64,000 bases of DNA from Podarcis liolepis. Taxonomy: Eukaryota. Made by a program: the position numbers and the translations under genes. Under the pieces are notes generated by a model. It was not told where the DNA came from. It saw nothing but the letters and a program-made list of their open reading frames with translations, and did not search any database. The DNA lies in NCBI GenBank assembly GCA_965112155.1, contig OZ218101.1, one strand, 5' to 3'. How positions within the stretch are numbered: the first letter of the stretch is position 1; each line of letters opens with the position of its first letter. Below, one piece after another: positions 32,721-47,700 of this stretch.

Positions 32721-35700
32721 CTGTGGAGGGAAAATTAGAGAATGAACAGATTTTGTGCTCTTGCCAAACTATATGTGCTATGTTAATAGGGAATTGATGA
32801 AATTCAGGATATGCACCAAGCAGTCGCTAGTTATGCAGAACACTCTCAATGTTTAAGCATTTTATAATAGTATTCATCGCACACACCCATCCCTTTTCTT
32901 TTGTCATCAAACAGAGGAAGCAAATTATTTTCTGTTTTCAGAGCAGAGATAGGGGATATTGCTATTAAAATTCCCACTCCCAACCACCCCAGCTGGAATG
33001 GCCAGTGGTCACCAATGATGGGAGCTGTAATCCAACAACAAGTGGAGGACCACAGATTCCCCATCCTATTTGACATAAAAGAATGCTATGATACCACTAA
33101 AACTTTTTAGAATCAACATTTCTAGGTTTAAAAAGTTAGATTTCTATACTTTATATGTGAAGTTTGTATGGGACTTCTTGAAGTGATTTGACAGCAACTG
33201 TACTATTAGCTGAACGTCAGATGCTTCTAAGACTACCTTAAGAAAAGCATACCATGTTTGTTTTTCCTGTTAAAAGCATACCTTGTAATTTTTGTATAAA
33301 CACAGAGAGTTTACACTTACTTTAGCATCCTAAACAAGGCACAGCACCAAAAAGAGAGAGTCAGAGTTAGGCAACAATTTTCAGAAAAGGCAGCATTGAA
33401 AATGTGAAAGAATATAGTTAAAGATGCATTTTGAATTTCAGGATGTTCAACTATGATTTTAAAACTGGAAATTTTGAAAAGGCTATTGTCAGGGGACTGA
33501 AACCACAAGAAACTTACCTTTATTATTCATTTACACATCATAGAAATAAACAATGCTTCTAAATATTCATGGATATAAGGATAAAAGAGCTGGACTATCA
33601 CAAGTGGGGCGGGATGTTCCTAGAACCTCTAGATTAGCACAGATGGTACATACAATCACTAGCATGATCACTTTCCACCATTCTGCATTGATAGAAAGAC
33701 ATGCTAGTGTATGGAACTGAAGGGCAGGATACGAGATAGCACTGCAGTTAAGTTTTAGCCTAATCTGCTCTGTGTAAAGAAGGTGCTTTCTGACAAATAG
33801 ATCCATTGGCAGTGAAAGGCACCGTTCTTCCCATTTGTGAGGCAGACTACAGCTCCTTGCCACACAAGAACTACTTGGGAATGGGCACGTTCCATCAGAA
33901 GCTGCAGATCAAGAAGATAGTATTTTTCTTCTTCCTTTCACTGATTTGTGAGGTAGGTTAGCGCCACTGTATGCCATGTGAAGCACAGGCTGGACTTCCA
34001 TGCTAGTTGGAGCTATCCACAGAAATGTTCATATTCTCCTATCGGGACAGGACCTAAAGGAAGTAGTGCTTATGGACTCTAAACTCTGGGCAATATGCAC
34101 ATACTATCAGACTATTGTTGTGTGTATTTTCATATACTGGGTAAAAAATTAAAAGTTAATTTGCACTTTAATTAACAACGTTTTATGAGTAAATGAAGCA
34201 AGCACACCCTCAACTAGTTAACATCCCAGATGCAATCTGGGAGCATTTAAACTACATAGTAGCTCTGAATATCAATCAAACAAATGTTAACAGCTGTTTG
34301 AAAATGTGTAACTGAGTAATGCTTGAGAATCAATTTAAATAATGCTAATGCATTGAAGTTTGAATCATTTATCAAACGTGTTTTCACATATTTTATGCCT
34401 GTAGATTAGAATTACCAAAGGCCAACTGCACAAACATGAAATATATCATAGCAAAGAGATGGAGGAAAAAAGAAGCCATTCACGTCAGGAGTGCATGCAA
34501 TACTTTATTATAGACATGCCATGAAAACTAATTCACAGAAATTTACAAGCATGCAGCCGTATAAAGCTATAACATAACACAGCACCTCATTAGCACTCCA
34601 TGCACAGCACTTTAAAGATTCAGGCATGAGGAGAATGCAAGCAGCATTTACCATATACATTCACAGAAGCAATACAACAAAAACAGGAAAGTTTTGTAAT
34701 GGAAAAACATCCTAAGATTTGATACTAATACATCCCAGACTGTTGTAGATTCAGAATGTTAAACCCCCTTACTTGTGAACTATAACTGACATTTTTGTTC
34801 AAGTAAAACATGTATATCTGGAATTTTCTATTACTTATAGTTCATTTGGTTAATCCTGCCTCTTTCCTATTTTTGCAATCACTATTTTATAGCAGCCTCC
34901 TGAGCAATGTAAACAGAATTAGTCTACCACTGCTCACACTTGGAATGTTCACATTTCTGAATAGAAATTGCAGAGTGGCTCAGAATATCTGTGGATGTTT
35001 CTGTATGACTACCTGCAGGCACAGATTCTGCCTGCTGTGGCAATGTTTGGGTCAGCTCCATTAGTGCACTGAAGTATAGTCATATAAACCATTTTTTCTA
35101 TGGCCTACGAAGTTTTTCTCATTATCTATTAAACGAACATTTAACGGGTCCAATAGTTCACTGTCAATGGATTTCTGTAATATATGCACAAATACCAATT
35201 CATACTTAGTTTGAAAAATACAGTCACCATAGTGTTTGCGTATTTAAACTGCAATGTTGGGCTCAACGCATTCCAGCTTGAATACTACATGCTATGACAA
35301 GCGCTACTGGTAAGATTTAACATGGAAGTTATGGCATGCTGACAAGACACATGAAAAGAAAAAACACAGACATCACAAATGGTAGGAAAAGAAAATATAC
35401 AACAGCAAAACAAATGTGATAAACTAATTTGTTCAAGATGACTGGATTCGTCCAGCTGAGGATAAGTATTCTGCCATGAGTAAATCGGCTCTATCACGTC
35501 TCTGTATGCATGGTGAATGAAGTCATTTAGTATACTGGGACATTAAAGTATTCATGACGTGGCTACAAAAGAAATGTGCACATTCTTTATAAATAGTACA
35601 AAAGTTTGCATGCATACAATAATGCAAATGGTTTTTTATTTACCACTACTTTTAATGCTATATTACACTATTTCTACACCAATCTTCTCAATCACATGCA

Positions 35701-38700
35701 TTATTAAACAACATGCTATTCAGGGTTTGAAAAGCACATCACTGTAGTATGTTTAACAAACTATATGCAATTAGACATCAATAAATCATTTGTTTAAAAA
35801 ATGTTGCTGTGTGTGTGTGTGTGTGCTTCAATATTTCACAACAAGCTTGTGGTGACTCGTCTGTACCATGCATGGCTACAGTCAAACATTATTTGTTTGC
35901 ATATGATTACATTTAAGTAGAGAAGGCAGAACTTTGCCTGCGTACTGCTAAATAGAATTGTCATTTTTCCTTTTTATTGGAGGCACAGAAAGAGGTGTGG
36001 AAATTAAAGTATGAAAATTGTTCAGTTTCTGATAATGAATCTAACTACATCAAATTCTATCCCCGCTCCACCCGATGTGTTTTTCAGCATGGCAATTTGC
36101 AAGCAAAGGATTGTTAGAATATCCCCCCATCAGCAAAAAAATAAAGCGTAGTCTTGCAAATTATCTCTAAGCACAATGACCACATTCTGTCTAAGCCATT
36201 TTTAAAACCACTTGTATTAACATTCCAAGCCAGCTAACCGTTAATCCAACTACTCAGATGGAGACTTGGCTTTTGGGATTTTCTACCAACCAAGGCTAAT
36301 TTAACAGGACCTTAAATTCTCTCACACTTCTAAGAGCTTCTGTACAATCAGACCATTCATAGAACTGTTTCAGGACCAGTTCTAAGAAGACTAATCCAAA
36401 GACCCTTCTGAGAATTCTCATTTAAATAGGAATGTCCAAATTCTCATGCACAATAACCAGGCATAAGAATAGCCTGTGGACATTCCCATAGCACTGTGTT
36501 TATGTATGAAAAATATGGGCTTTCCAAAAAATGTTAAACTGAAAAGTCTCCCCCCCCAAAAAAATAATTCTTCTGCTCTAATATCAACTGGGATCCATGT
36601 TAGTCTTATATTTAGTTAACATTTAATATCTTAATGAGAAGAAAATGAACTTTCTCAACTAATGTGCAGTGCTCCTGTTCAGATAGATTTCCAGCCACTC
36701 CATTCCAGTTTCTCTCCAGTTTTCAATCTCCGTCCCCCTGCAACACTGTCTGCATTCTATGCTTACTAAACATGTTCTGTTCTCATTAGATCATTTTTGC
36801 ACACAACTCATGATGCTGCATAAGGTTGCAAAGAAACAATAGTTAACTTCTCAGGCAACAGAGCAAGAGTTACATCAGCTTTAACCTTGACTAGCATTCC
36901 CTCCTACGGTGTCTTTGAACAAGTTCTTAAAAATACAAAAATAACTAGTCAATAACCTAGACTCAGTGTTCTCATCCACATCAGATTTTGCTCCTTCTGT
37001 TTCACTTTGCCCCAAGTGAGCATGCATTGTGTAGCATTTCTAAAGGAGTTTGCTGCATTTAGAATATTATATAAGGAAGAACGAAGTTTTACCAGAAGGG
37101 TGTGAAGGTCTGGTTTGACTTACTAATGTTGAGCTTTTGTATATTTTTTCTTTTAAATTCAACTTGCACAGAAGCACTTAAGCAAACCACTCTTGAGTAG
37201 GACAATGGCAAAGATAGCTAAACACCAGTAAGTTGATTTGTTATTATTTAACAAAACATTTTATTTTTTACATTTTCCAACCTCAGACAGGGTGGGAGAA
37301 TTAGTTATAAAAAGTAGTGAAAAATGAACTGGTTCAAAACATTACAAAAGTAATTAAAACATTAGGTCAGGGCAGGCACACTGAGTCAAGAAGCTGTTAG
37401 CTTCTCAATGACAATATTCTGCACTACAGCCTACCCGCATAATTTTTGCAGCTCAGGTCCTAAGCAAATTTCTATCACATTGTAGGTAATGTTGATAGGA
37501 AAGTGTCTCTTCTCTCATCAAGTTTGGGACTTTGCAACCAAGTGGAATAGAGAAAGGAAGACTTACTATTTGAGCCATGGTGTACCCTCCATAAGCAGAG
37601 CTGAAGATATGTACCAGCATGACTAGGTGGAAAATTACTCCACAATCACACTCAAACCAGGGGCAGAATCCACAGAACAGATGAATGTATTGTAACTTTG
37701 AACAATTTCATCTTTTGTTCAGTCTATTCAAGGGGAGAATAGCCCGCAGCAATCATTCTATATAATCACTGTGGCACACATAAATGATGGTAGAGACAAC
37801 CAAATCCTAGAGTATGGAGCATCTTATATCTTTAGGAAGGGCTATAGCTCAGAAATCAGGTTCAATCCCTGTCATCTCTGTGTAGGGCCCAATAGATAAT
37901 CCTGTTGAAAAATCCAGAGTACCACTGCCAGTCAGTGTAGTCAGCTTCCTAATTGTCTGATTCAAAATAAGGCAACTTCCTATGTTCTTGTTTCTTCACC
38001 TGTGGTGTGGGATCTAGTAACAGCTGCTATTTACATTAGGGGTCCACACCAGCTATCAAGCAGATCAGCAACAACTCTAGGGCATCCAACTCATTATTGG
38101 CTGTGGCCAGGTGCGTTTCTGTTCAGCTTAATCTTATGTGCCAGCTACATCCATTCCGGGAGTCTGCAGATCTGGTCAGGTGATGTAATACCTTAGTTAC
38201 ACCATGCCTGGATTGCTGCAATGTACTGTAAATGGGGCTACCTTTGAAAACTGTCTCAAAACTATCAGTTGTCAAGAATGTGGCAGATTACTGGGGGCCA
38301 TATGACTTTCCTATTAAACACAGGAAAATGCAGACAATTGGTCTTTCTAACTTAGTATTGTCTACACTCACTGGCAGAAGCTCCTCAGGGTTTCAAACAG
38401 GGGTCGTTCTAAACACTTCGTGGAGATGCCAGGGATTGAACCTGGATCTCCTGCATACAAAGCAGGTGCTCTATCACAAAACTATGGTCCATTCACAACG
38501 ACTGTTCAGGTTTCCAATTCATTTCCAGGCTCAATTCAAAGAGCTAGTGATAACCTTTAAAAGTCATTCAGTTTAGGACAGGGTTTTCTGAAGGATTCCC
38601 TTCTGTAAATGCCTGCACATGACTGAGTCTTCAACGGATCACTCTTGTGTGTCCCAACAACTTTGAAAGGATGCCTGGGAACACAGACAAGGTCTTCTCA

Positions 38701-41700
38701 GTGCCCGTGCTCAAGCTCTAGAATTCCCTCCCAAGGAAGGGTCATCCTGCCTCCTCTTTAATGGCCTTCTGCAGAGTTATTAAAAACTTTTAAAAGAAGG
38801 CTTCTGAGTCATTGATATTTCTATGCTCATTTACTGACCTAATTTGCTAAAAGGTATATTGAGTAAACTGCTTTTAACAGCTGCTTGGAATTAAACAAAG
38901 AAGGGGAGAACCATGTATGTCACACTGAGCTCCTTCGGGGAAAAGGCAAGATATAAATGCAATAGAAATAAAATAAAACAGAAGTTTTTTAATGGGTCTT
39001 TGAATATTATTTAAATATAGATCATTTATTCACCCTGATTTGTACTGTCCCAAGCTTACTGGGGAAAGGCAGGATTAATAAGTGTGATAAGTTTTAACTT
39101 GTTTTACGTGTAATTCCATTACTCTGTTAAAAGAAATTCAGCTTTTTGAAAAAACTGGAAGATGTAATTAACTTTTTTCTTTAAAAATGATACCAGGCTT
39201 TTAAACTACAGTGGTACTTCTGGATGCGAACGGGATCCGTTCCAGAGCCCCATTCGCATCCTGAAGCGAACGTAACACGCGCCTGCAGGTCGCGTTTCCG
39301 CGCATGATGTCATTTTGAACGTCTGCACGTGTGCGAGTGGCGAAACCCGTTACTTCTGGGTCGCAGCGGAGCGCAACCCGAAAACGCTCAACCTGAAGTG
39401 TATTCATCCCGAGGTATGACTGTACTTCTGCTACTCTGTATATAATTTAGCTCTGGAAAGTTTTCAGTTTATCCATTTGAATGTTCACTGGGATTTCTTT
39501 AAAATACACTTACCTTTTTGTGTAACATATTCCTCTAAAATACTCAACAAAAATGTTGCAATGCACTATAGATGTATATTAGGCTTGTCCTATGAAATTG
39601 AGTAGTAAAGCATAAATAAATAGGTCTGCAGCAAGGCCTATGGTAATTTCATGACCCTTCCAGGTAATGTTTCAATGCATAATTAGGCCCTACCTAGCAA
39701 AAAACTTTGTGAACCTTCCAACTTCTATTAACACCTAAAGATTAACAACACCAGAACAAAACCACACACCAAACACTTCAAACTGATGCTGTTAGTATGA
39801 AAGGAAAATAAGACAAGAGCACCCAAAGCATATTTCAATACTGTCATGCAAGTGTTGCACAAGGTTAAGTTCATCACTGGCCACTTTTCTGTTCCTCTTT
39901 TTACTTATCAGGCAAGAGTTCCATTACACGTGCAAAACTCTGCAAAGCACCCATGTAAACCATGCCACCAAAACGGTAAATTTGGTAGTTACCAATCGTA
40001 TGGATGGGATCAAAACGCTAAGGCTTTAGACTGCTCTTAATCATAAGATATCCTCAGACAAACCTCCCCAGTCTTCATTCTGGCTCTACAAACAAAATCA
40101 AGCACAATTGAAAATTTGGCAAGTCTGAAGTTTAAACATTTTTTTAAAATGTAGCAAAACTATCTGAAAAAATATCCACTATTACACACACTTGTACATA
40201 TGAGGACCACTAAGGCTCTCAGGTAAACGGCTTCTTTGCATTGCTTAAAAAGTCAGTGTTATCAAGGACAAAGCTAATGAAAATGTGACAAAGACAACAA
40301 CTCCAATGAACTCCACATAAAAAACATGAGAACTCAACACAACAAGATGTTTCTTTTCCAATAGCTAATCAAGCTCCAGGTTGGGGAAGTTATTCTGAAC
40401 ACAGTGAGAGCATCTGTTAAGAGTCAAGCTATATTTGACGGTAGACGATACTTCCTACTTGTCAGCTCCATTCCCATATAAAATGGAGGTGGGACTCAGG
40501 TCTTGCAGCAAGAACACTGCACCCTTAACCACCTCCTGTGCCTTATTTCCTCTCAGTTCATTTTGCTAACCATGTTTTCCCATTCCTGATCCACTTCTGG
40601 TACTGGAGCTAGAAATAGGGAAGTGTCTGAAGCAACTGAATACAGGGAGGTGAGGTACATGAGAAAGTCAGTTAGTCGGTCAGTCTCCCATGGATGCCAT
40701 TTATTGTTAAGGACCCTCAACTTTATATGACAGTGGGCTAGACACATAAATTAGAGTTCCCACCATGTCTGATTTGGTCCCCAAATAGATCACATTAATT
40801 CAGATCTCCTCCTTACTAACAGCTTTGAAAACTCTTAGCAAGATGTAACTGGACTATCGGATTTATTTTTAATGGGTTTTTAAAAGACAGTATCTCAGAG
40901 AATGCTACCCTCTTTGAAGTTTTCTTCTGAAGAGTACAACATAAAACCTAAAAAGCTGAAGTTAAGCCTTTCTTAAAGTTAGCATTTAATTTGCAATAGT
41001 GGAGTTATGCCATTCCCAAACTATTTAGTACTATGTAATATACATTAATTCCCTCATGCTACAAAGGACTACGATGTAAGACATCGATGAAGAAACAATA
41101 GAGAACAAGGCAGAGTTCTCATTCAATATTCCTGCCTCTACCGAATACTTTAAAGACTACTTCTGTGCTGAGGTCAAAGCACCAAACATTCAAATAGGGT
41201 GATGACAGTTATCTAATTCAAAGCACAATATCTGTAAGGGAGATTAAACAGCTTTACCACACAGAAAGGTGCTTGCTTCATAACTTATGCAAGCAGTTCA
41301 GAAACACACATCTCTCAGAGGCAAAGCATAGGTACTGATTCTTTCAGTGCTAAGTATGACAAAAACCCAATAACTACATTAGGTGTGCAATGTGTTTGTT
41401 ATTTCCCTATGTCACTCCAATATTACAAGAAGTTAGAAATCATGTAGAAGGGACAGAATGATTATGTGCATATAGGCATACAGTACACAATTCATTTTTT
41501 AACCATGGCATCCCCTCACTTCTGCATGTGATCTTCGTCCTCCCATGTAAACTTTAAAGCCTTGCATTCCTCTGGCAGCTCTAGACAGAGCTACAGGACT
41601 GCTGCCATACCTATGTCAGGCGAAGTATGTAACATGGAGAACACTTTAGATGTAAACACTGCCCCAAGTCCTCTCCATATCTTCAGCAAGCTGACTGCAA

Positions 41701-44700
41701 GTTTGAAATCATATGGAAATACTCTGAACAAAAAAAAGTTATCACTGCAAGAATCTTGACTGCCTTGTATTTAGGAGCTGAACTAATGTTTGGCAGCTGG
41801 CACAGATCTGAGTCACTACCAGTACCTGGGCCATAACAGGGAATGTGGGGCTTAACACATCTATTGCTCACTGCTTTTCGCCATAATAAATGTGTCTGCA
41901 AATCTTGGGGAGATAAGCATATGAAGTGTGGTTGAGGGCAAGCATCTTGCAATTGAAGAGTGAAGCATTTCTTCCCATTTTTCCCCACTCCATATCACAC
42001 TGCCTCCCATGGCTTTTTAGCTCTGATTATCTTTGTTCTCAAGTTCCCACTTTATTCTGGATTAGGCATCTCTTGGTCTTAAAATCTTTTCTTCTTGTGC
42101 CACATCCAGGGTGATTTAAATGGGTTGCATGGAGCTCAGTTCTGCAATCACTTAAGTATTTCTTTCGCCAGAACTTAAGCTTAAGTAGTAGATGCATTCT
42201 TGTGAGATCTTCTTTGTTATCTGCAAGTGAACATGCTCATTGTCCACTCGCAGAACATGAAATAAAAAACTTTGTAGCAATGATGCACTAATTTAACAAA
42301 TCACAGTTCTAGTGAACAGGGTACTTAATTTCCAAAAATAATGGAAGTGTACTACTAATGTAACCCTCCCCATGAACTATGTGCTTGATAATAAAGTAAT
42401 TCTAAAATACACAATTGAATAAGAGCATTTGCAATCTGTCCTAGAAGGACTGATTGTCCTTATTTTGTCCTTGTGCTTTAGCTTGTCAAATGGATTTTTA
42501 AAAATCCTTCAGTGTTAGGGTATGAAGGAAGTATTATGGTATTAGCTACAAAGTCAGGATAAATGACTCTTCCTTGTCTAGCTTTTGTACAGGGAGTCCC
42601 AAGTGAAAAGCTACTTATTATGTTTACATTTGTTTTATCAAACAGATTGTTACATACATATAAGGCAGCACTGATTCCAACCAAAGCAAAGGAACGGAAT
42701 GGAATGACACACACATCACCCATTACAAATAGGTTAACTTCCAAAAAGACACTAACCAATGTAAAGGAAACACAAAGTCCAACATAGGCACTGCAGTAAC
42801 AAATTCTGAAAAGATAAAGTACATAACTAACACACTATTGAAAAGATAAACTATCAATTATACAAACCCTGAAAGTCTATGTGAATTAAATTATGATGGG
42901 AAAGAGTAAAACTGATAAGGGGAAAATATTATTTTATTTCCTTTTGACATTTAGATGTCACACATTCAACAACTTCCGTTGGGCAGCTATACCTCCCTTG
43001 CAATTTCTTAAACAAGATTTGTTCTGGCAAAACTCTGATTTTTAAGGGGATTTGTATGGAAGAGAAATCTATGGATTTTGTTCTGCAATTTAATGTTGGA
43101 CTTTTTTTCTTGAAGAGATTCTAAAAGGAACTGCATTTTGTATTTTTTTTACTGTGGTTCATTAGCCACCTCAGGCACTTTTAATCGAAAAGCAGGTTAG
43201 AATTACTCTGTAAAACAGACGTGCAAAATTTTGTTCACAACAGCTTAGTGTGCCACTGCACTCTGTCAAGCAAAACAAATGGCCAATCTTGCTCCCAAAC
43301 TTGGGAGCTATAGCGCTAGATGCAAATTATTCTAACAGCTGTGTAATGATCCCGTCCCTTCTCAAAGCTGGGGGTTGTTTTGCCACTATGACAATGTTTT
43401 GCCCTGGGGGCCATAGTTCACCAAGCTTCTCACCATACTTTCCTGCTGAGAAAACCTCCTTGGTTGCTTCAATCCCAATAGCAACTTGACTTGGAGTAGT
43501 CAAACCAGTGAATTACCCACAATTCTGTCCTGCAGGGAAGCATAGCGAGTCACTGGAGCACATGGCTAAGAAAAGTCGTGGCAACCACTATTTTTGGCTT
43601 GCCTAGCAAGGACAGCCAAAATTCTGTTAATAAACGAATCCACCATAAAATTACATGAACAGAGTATGCCAATATTTTGTACTAGTACTATGGGGCCAGA
43701 TAAATTCTGGACTGTAATGCCAGCCAGATAATAGAGCCAAACTAGACATGACATTTGCCACATGGTTTGTCTTTGTATCATTACTTTTTCTTTAACATAT
43801 AGCCAGCACTTTGAAGAATCCTTAGAGGAGACCATGGCATACAGTAGTTCACAGAGTGGATAGACCCAACAAAAATACATTACCAAGAGGAGGAGGAAGA
43901 GGTACACACACCCCTGACTCGCCCTTTTTCTTTCTCTTTTACTCTGGCCTCAGAGGAATTGCTATGTCTGACTTGCAGCCCCAGAGCGCTCGGAGAGCTG
44001 CTCTGCCAGACCCTTCAGTGCGCCAGTGTGGTGTAGTGGTTAAGAGTGGTGGACTCATAATCTGGTGAACCGGGTTCGATTCCCCGCTCCTCCACATGCA
44101 GCTGCTGGGTGACCTTGGGCTAGTTACACTTCTTTGAAGTCTCTCAGCCCCACCCACCTCACAGTGTGTTTGTTGTGGGGGAGGAAGGGAAAGGAGAAAG
44201 TTAGCCGCTTTGAGACTCCTTCGGGTAGTGATAAAGCGGGATATCAAATCCAAACTCTTCTTCTTATGGGGTCCACTTTTCTGCTTGCCTTTCTTCCTGG
44301 CAGCAGCCCTCAACTCTCTCCCCAGAACCCCATGAGGTATGTATAGCTATGTGCGTAAAAGCGGCTGTCACCTCTCTAATATTTCTGTTCTCATTTCCTC
44401 TGTTTTATAATACTTAAAAATCTGTTAGGGGAGGGAAATCCTCCTCCCTTCAACTTCCTTCTACTCCAACCTCTGTAAAATCATATTTATGAAACAAACC
44501 TGTTAATTTCCTATCAGCCTACAAAGCACTGTGCACTATTAAGATCAAAGCAAACTAAACCAATAGTAACAATGAAGTAAGATCATACAGCTATAGCAAA
44601 TAGATCTCTCTGCAGCCTTGTCCTTTGTGTGTTTACTCAGAAACAACACTATGCAAGACTTGCTCTCAAAAGTGTGTATAGTGTTGCAGCTGTAAAAAAA

Positions 44701-47700
44701 ATATTCTTCCTCCACCCCTTTAATTCATATTCTTTCCTCCCTAATCTCCAATATCACATTTTCTTCCTGTGGATAGGTTAAAAGAGAAAAATAATCTCAG
44801 CTGTGTTTGAGGTTGCAAGCCTAACCATGTATATTCAGGAGTAAATTCTACTTAATTCAGCAGGGCTTACCCCCAGGTAAGGATTAAGTTTGGAGGTTTA
44901 GTGACCAAAGTCCACCCATCTACTCATTGCCGTTTTCTGCCTTCCTCTGCCATCTGTCCTATCATCCGTATTTGCACAAGCTTGACCTGCTGCATCCAAC
45001 ACCTCGGCTCATAGGCACTTCAGCAATGCAGATTGTTGCCCCTATGGCCAACTTTGCAGACATGCACTGCACACATGCACTTTAAACAAGCATGAGCAGG
45101 TTACACCTCATGTAAGGAATAAAGAATCAAACATTTTAAGAAAATGGAAAAATATATACTGAAAGACACTGTATGCAATCGCAACAGTCATGATGGCTGT
45201 TGTATTAATCACAGTATTCTATTTGCCACCTGCTCCTTCTGCAACTTTTTCTAAAGCTTCTTATATAATATGAACAAGCCGGAGTATTTGTGGGAATTCA
45301 GAATCACTACACTACACGGTCAACATCCGTATGAAAACATCTACTCAGTTGAGCCTTCTCCTTAGTATACCAGTATTTTAAAGGCAGTGAATTTTTAATG
45401 AAGAATGCTTTTAAACAAGTACAGTGGTGCCTCGCAAGACGAAATTAATCCGTTCCGCGAGTCTCTTCGTCTTGCGGTTTTTTCGTCTTGCGAAGCACGG
45501 CTATTAGCGGCTTAGCGGCTATTAACGGCTTAGCGGCTTTAAGAAAAAGGAAACAAACTCGCAAGAACTCGCAAGACGTTTCGTCTTGCGAAGCAAGCCC
45601 ATAGGGAAATTCGTCTTGCGGAACGACTCAAAAAACGGAAAACTCTTTCGTCTTGCGCGGCATTCGTCTTGCGAGGTACCACTGTAGTCCCAGTGTATAT
45701 ATTCTGAAGTGGCAAAACCCAAGAAGTTAATATATATTTGGGTGGGGTGGCCACTTAATTACCAGGATAAATTTATGGTTTATTATTTTAAAAGTCTCAC
45801 TAATGAGTGGATACAGGAGGACTGAAAGATGGGACTTCAACAAAACACATATCAAAGCAAAGCAAATACACATCTCAAAACACCATCCATGTTTGCAATA
45901 CAAAGCCACAAAAGTTCACATTTGCATAACTGTACAAGTACACAGGCTCAATCCATGTTCCTTTATGTAGAAACAGACTTGCTGTATTTATAACATGGCT
46001 CTGAACCATCATTCAAAACATCTGTAGTGCCAGTTCTATGTTATCACCTCAAGATTTAGGAATTTTATGTAGCCTAACAAAAAATGCACTGTTCCAACTA
46101 CTGTGTTGAAACCCTAATTCTAAATCAGTGCACTAAAGGCAACAGAGTTCGCTAATATTTATGCAGCTGCTATCTGTATACCAATGAGGCTAGGTAAAGG
46201 GAAATGGGGTGCGAACAACAAGGCCAGAAGCAGGACCCTTACTATTGAATTAATTCTTATGTATTTCAAAGATTTATGGCTTTGACATATTTCATATTTT
46301 GATATATGCTATGCTTTGTTATATTGATTATTCTGATGCTGTGTTAATTGAATTGTTTTCTGTTAGTCTCTTCGGGCTTCTCTCAGGAAGTAAAAACAGG
46401 ATGTAATACAGGAAATGCATTTTGTTAGCAGCTGAGGTGCAAAGTTTCAACCCAAAAGTCTACTTTATTTGCTACAGTTCTAAGACTAGTGTTATAACTA
46501 TTTTCTAAATGCACAGTGTACATCTACTTAAGTTAGCTATGGTACTGTTACTTGTTTTTAAAACAGTTAATGTTAACTATACCTTAGCGTCTCAAAGAAG
46601 AGAGTCTAGCTTCTGGATTTCAGCAATGAAAGAGGCATACATGCATCAGGTATGACAAAAATTAGTTATAATCATTCAGTTAATTGAATAAAAAGAAACG
46701 GATATAAATTAATTGAATAAAAACAACAGAAATGCCTAGACAAGAAGACAAACACATGGAGACAGTAGCTGCATGTCTAGCAACACATACAACACCAAAC
46801 ACATTATGAAAGGAAACCTTAAAAAAATAAAGCAGTATTACAGTTCTTTATAGGTTATATACTGAATATAGTGATGCTAGCTAACAGAATAAGAAGTGGG
46901 TAAAGCAATATTGTACAGAAGACTTTTAAGGAGAAGCTACATGCTAGACATGCTGAAAAGCTTTTTCAACAACTTCTGGAGAAATAAGATGCTTTTCTTA
47001 GAAAAGAGTAAAGCATGCTGGTGGAGCTTTGGCAAAAAACCAAATTTCTTACCTCTTGTAATAGATCTGCTTGTTCAATGGCTTTAAGAACATTTTTCTT
47101 TGAGGTCTCCTGTACTTCCCCTCCCAAAAGAAATTCATCCAAAATAAAATAAGCCTTCTCAAAATTGAAGATGATATCAAGTTCACATACCTAGAAAACA
47201 TAGGAAAAAACATGTTGAGATTTATTCCCTTCTTTAAGGTACCAAGTTAAGATCCTGTGGTTTTTAAAGAAACACACATTGTCATGATCTTCTGTGTGAT
47301 CACTAAAGACCAAGTCATGGATTTGGTAAGGAACAAACTTTTGAGAAAATATTAATATTGATTTAAATAGTAACATTAAAATATAAGGAACAGGCATTTA
47401 AATTAGTGTATCATTTGAGCTCATCAACTAGGCCTCATATATATACCACATAGTTCTCTGAATTATGTAATAGCGTTTGTAACAGCAGCAGCACACTACT
47501 GAATATCTTCAAAGAAGATTCAGTGAAGTTGCTGATGGAAGAAATCCTAGTTTCTTGGTTGTTACATACAGTATTGGTATTTGACATGCAATATCCGACA
47601 AATTCTTTACTTTCAGACTTCATTAACAATTCCCAGTAAGGAAACAGACCTATATAATGTAATGCAATAGATAACTTTTTTATTCTCATTCACAGTAATA

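Noticed and set aside
44018-44095. tRNA gene
   Set aside because: A/B boxes continue into a SINE body and tail; it is a SINE head
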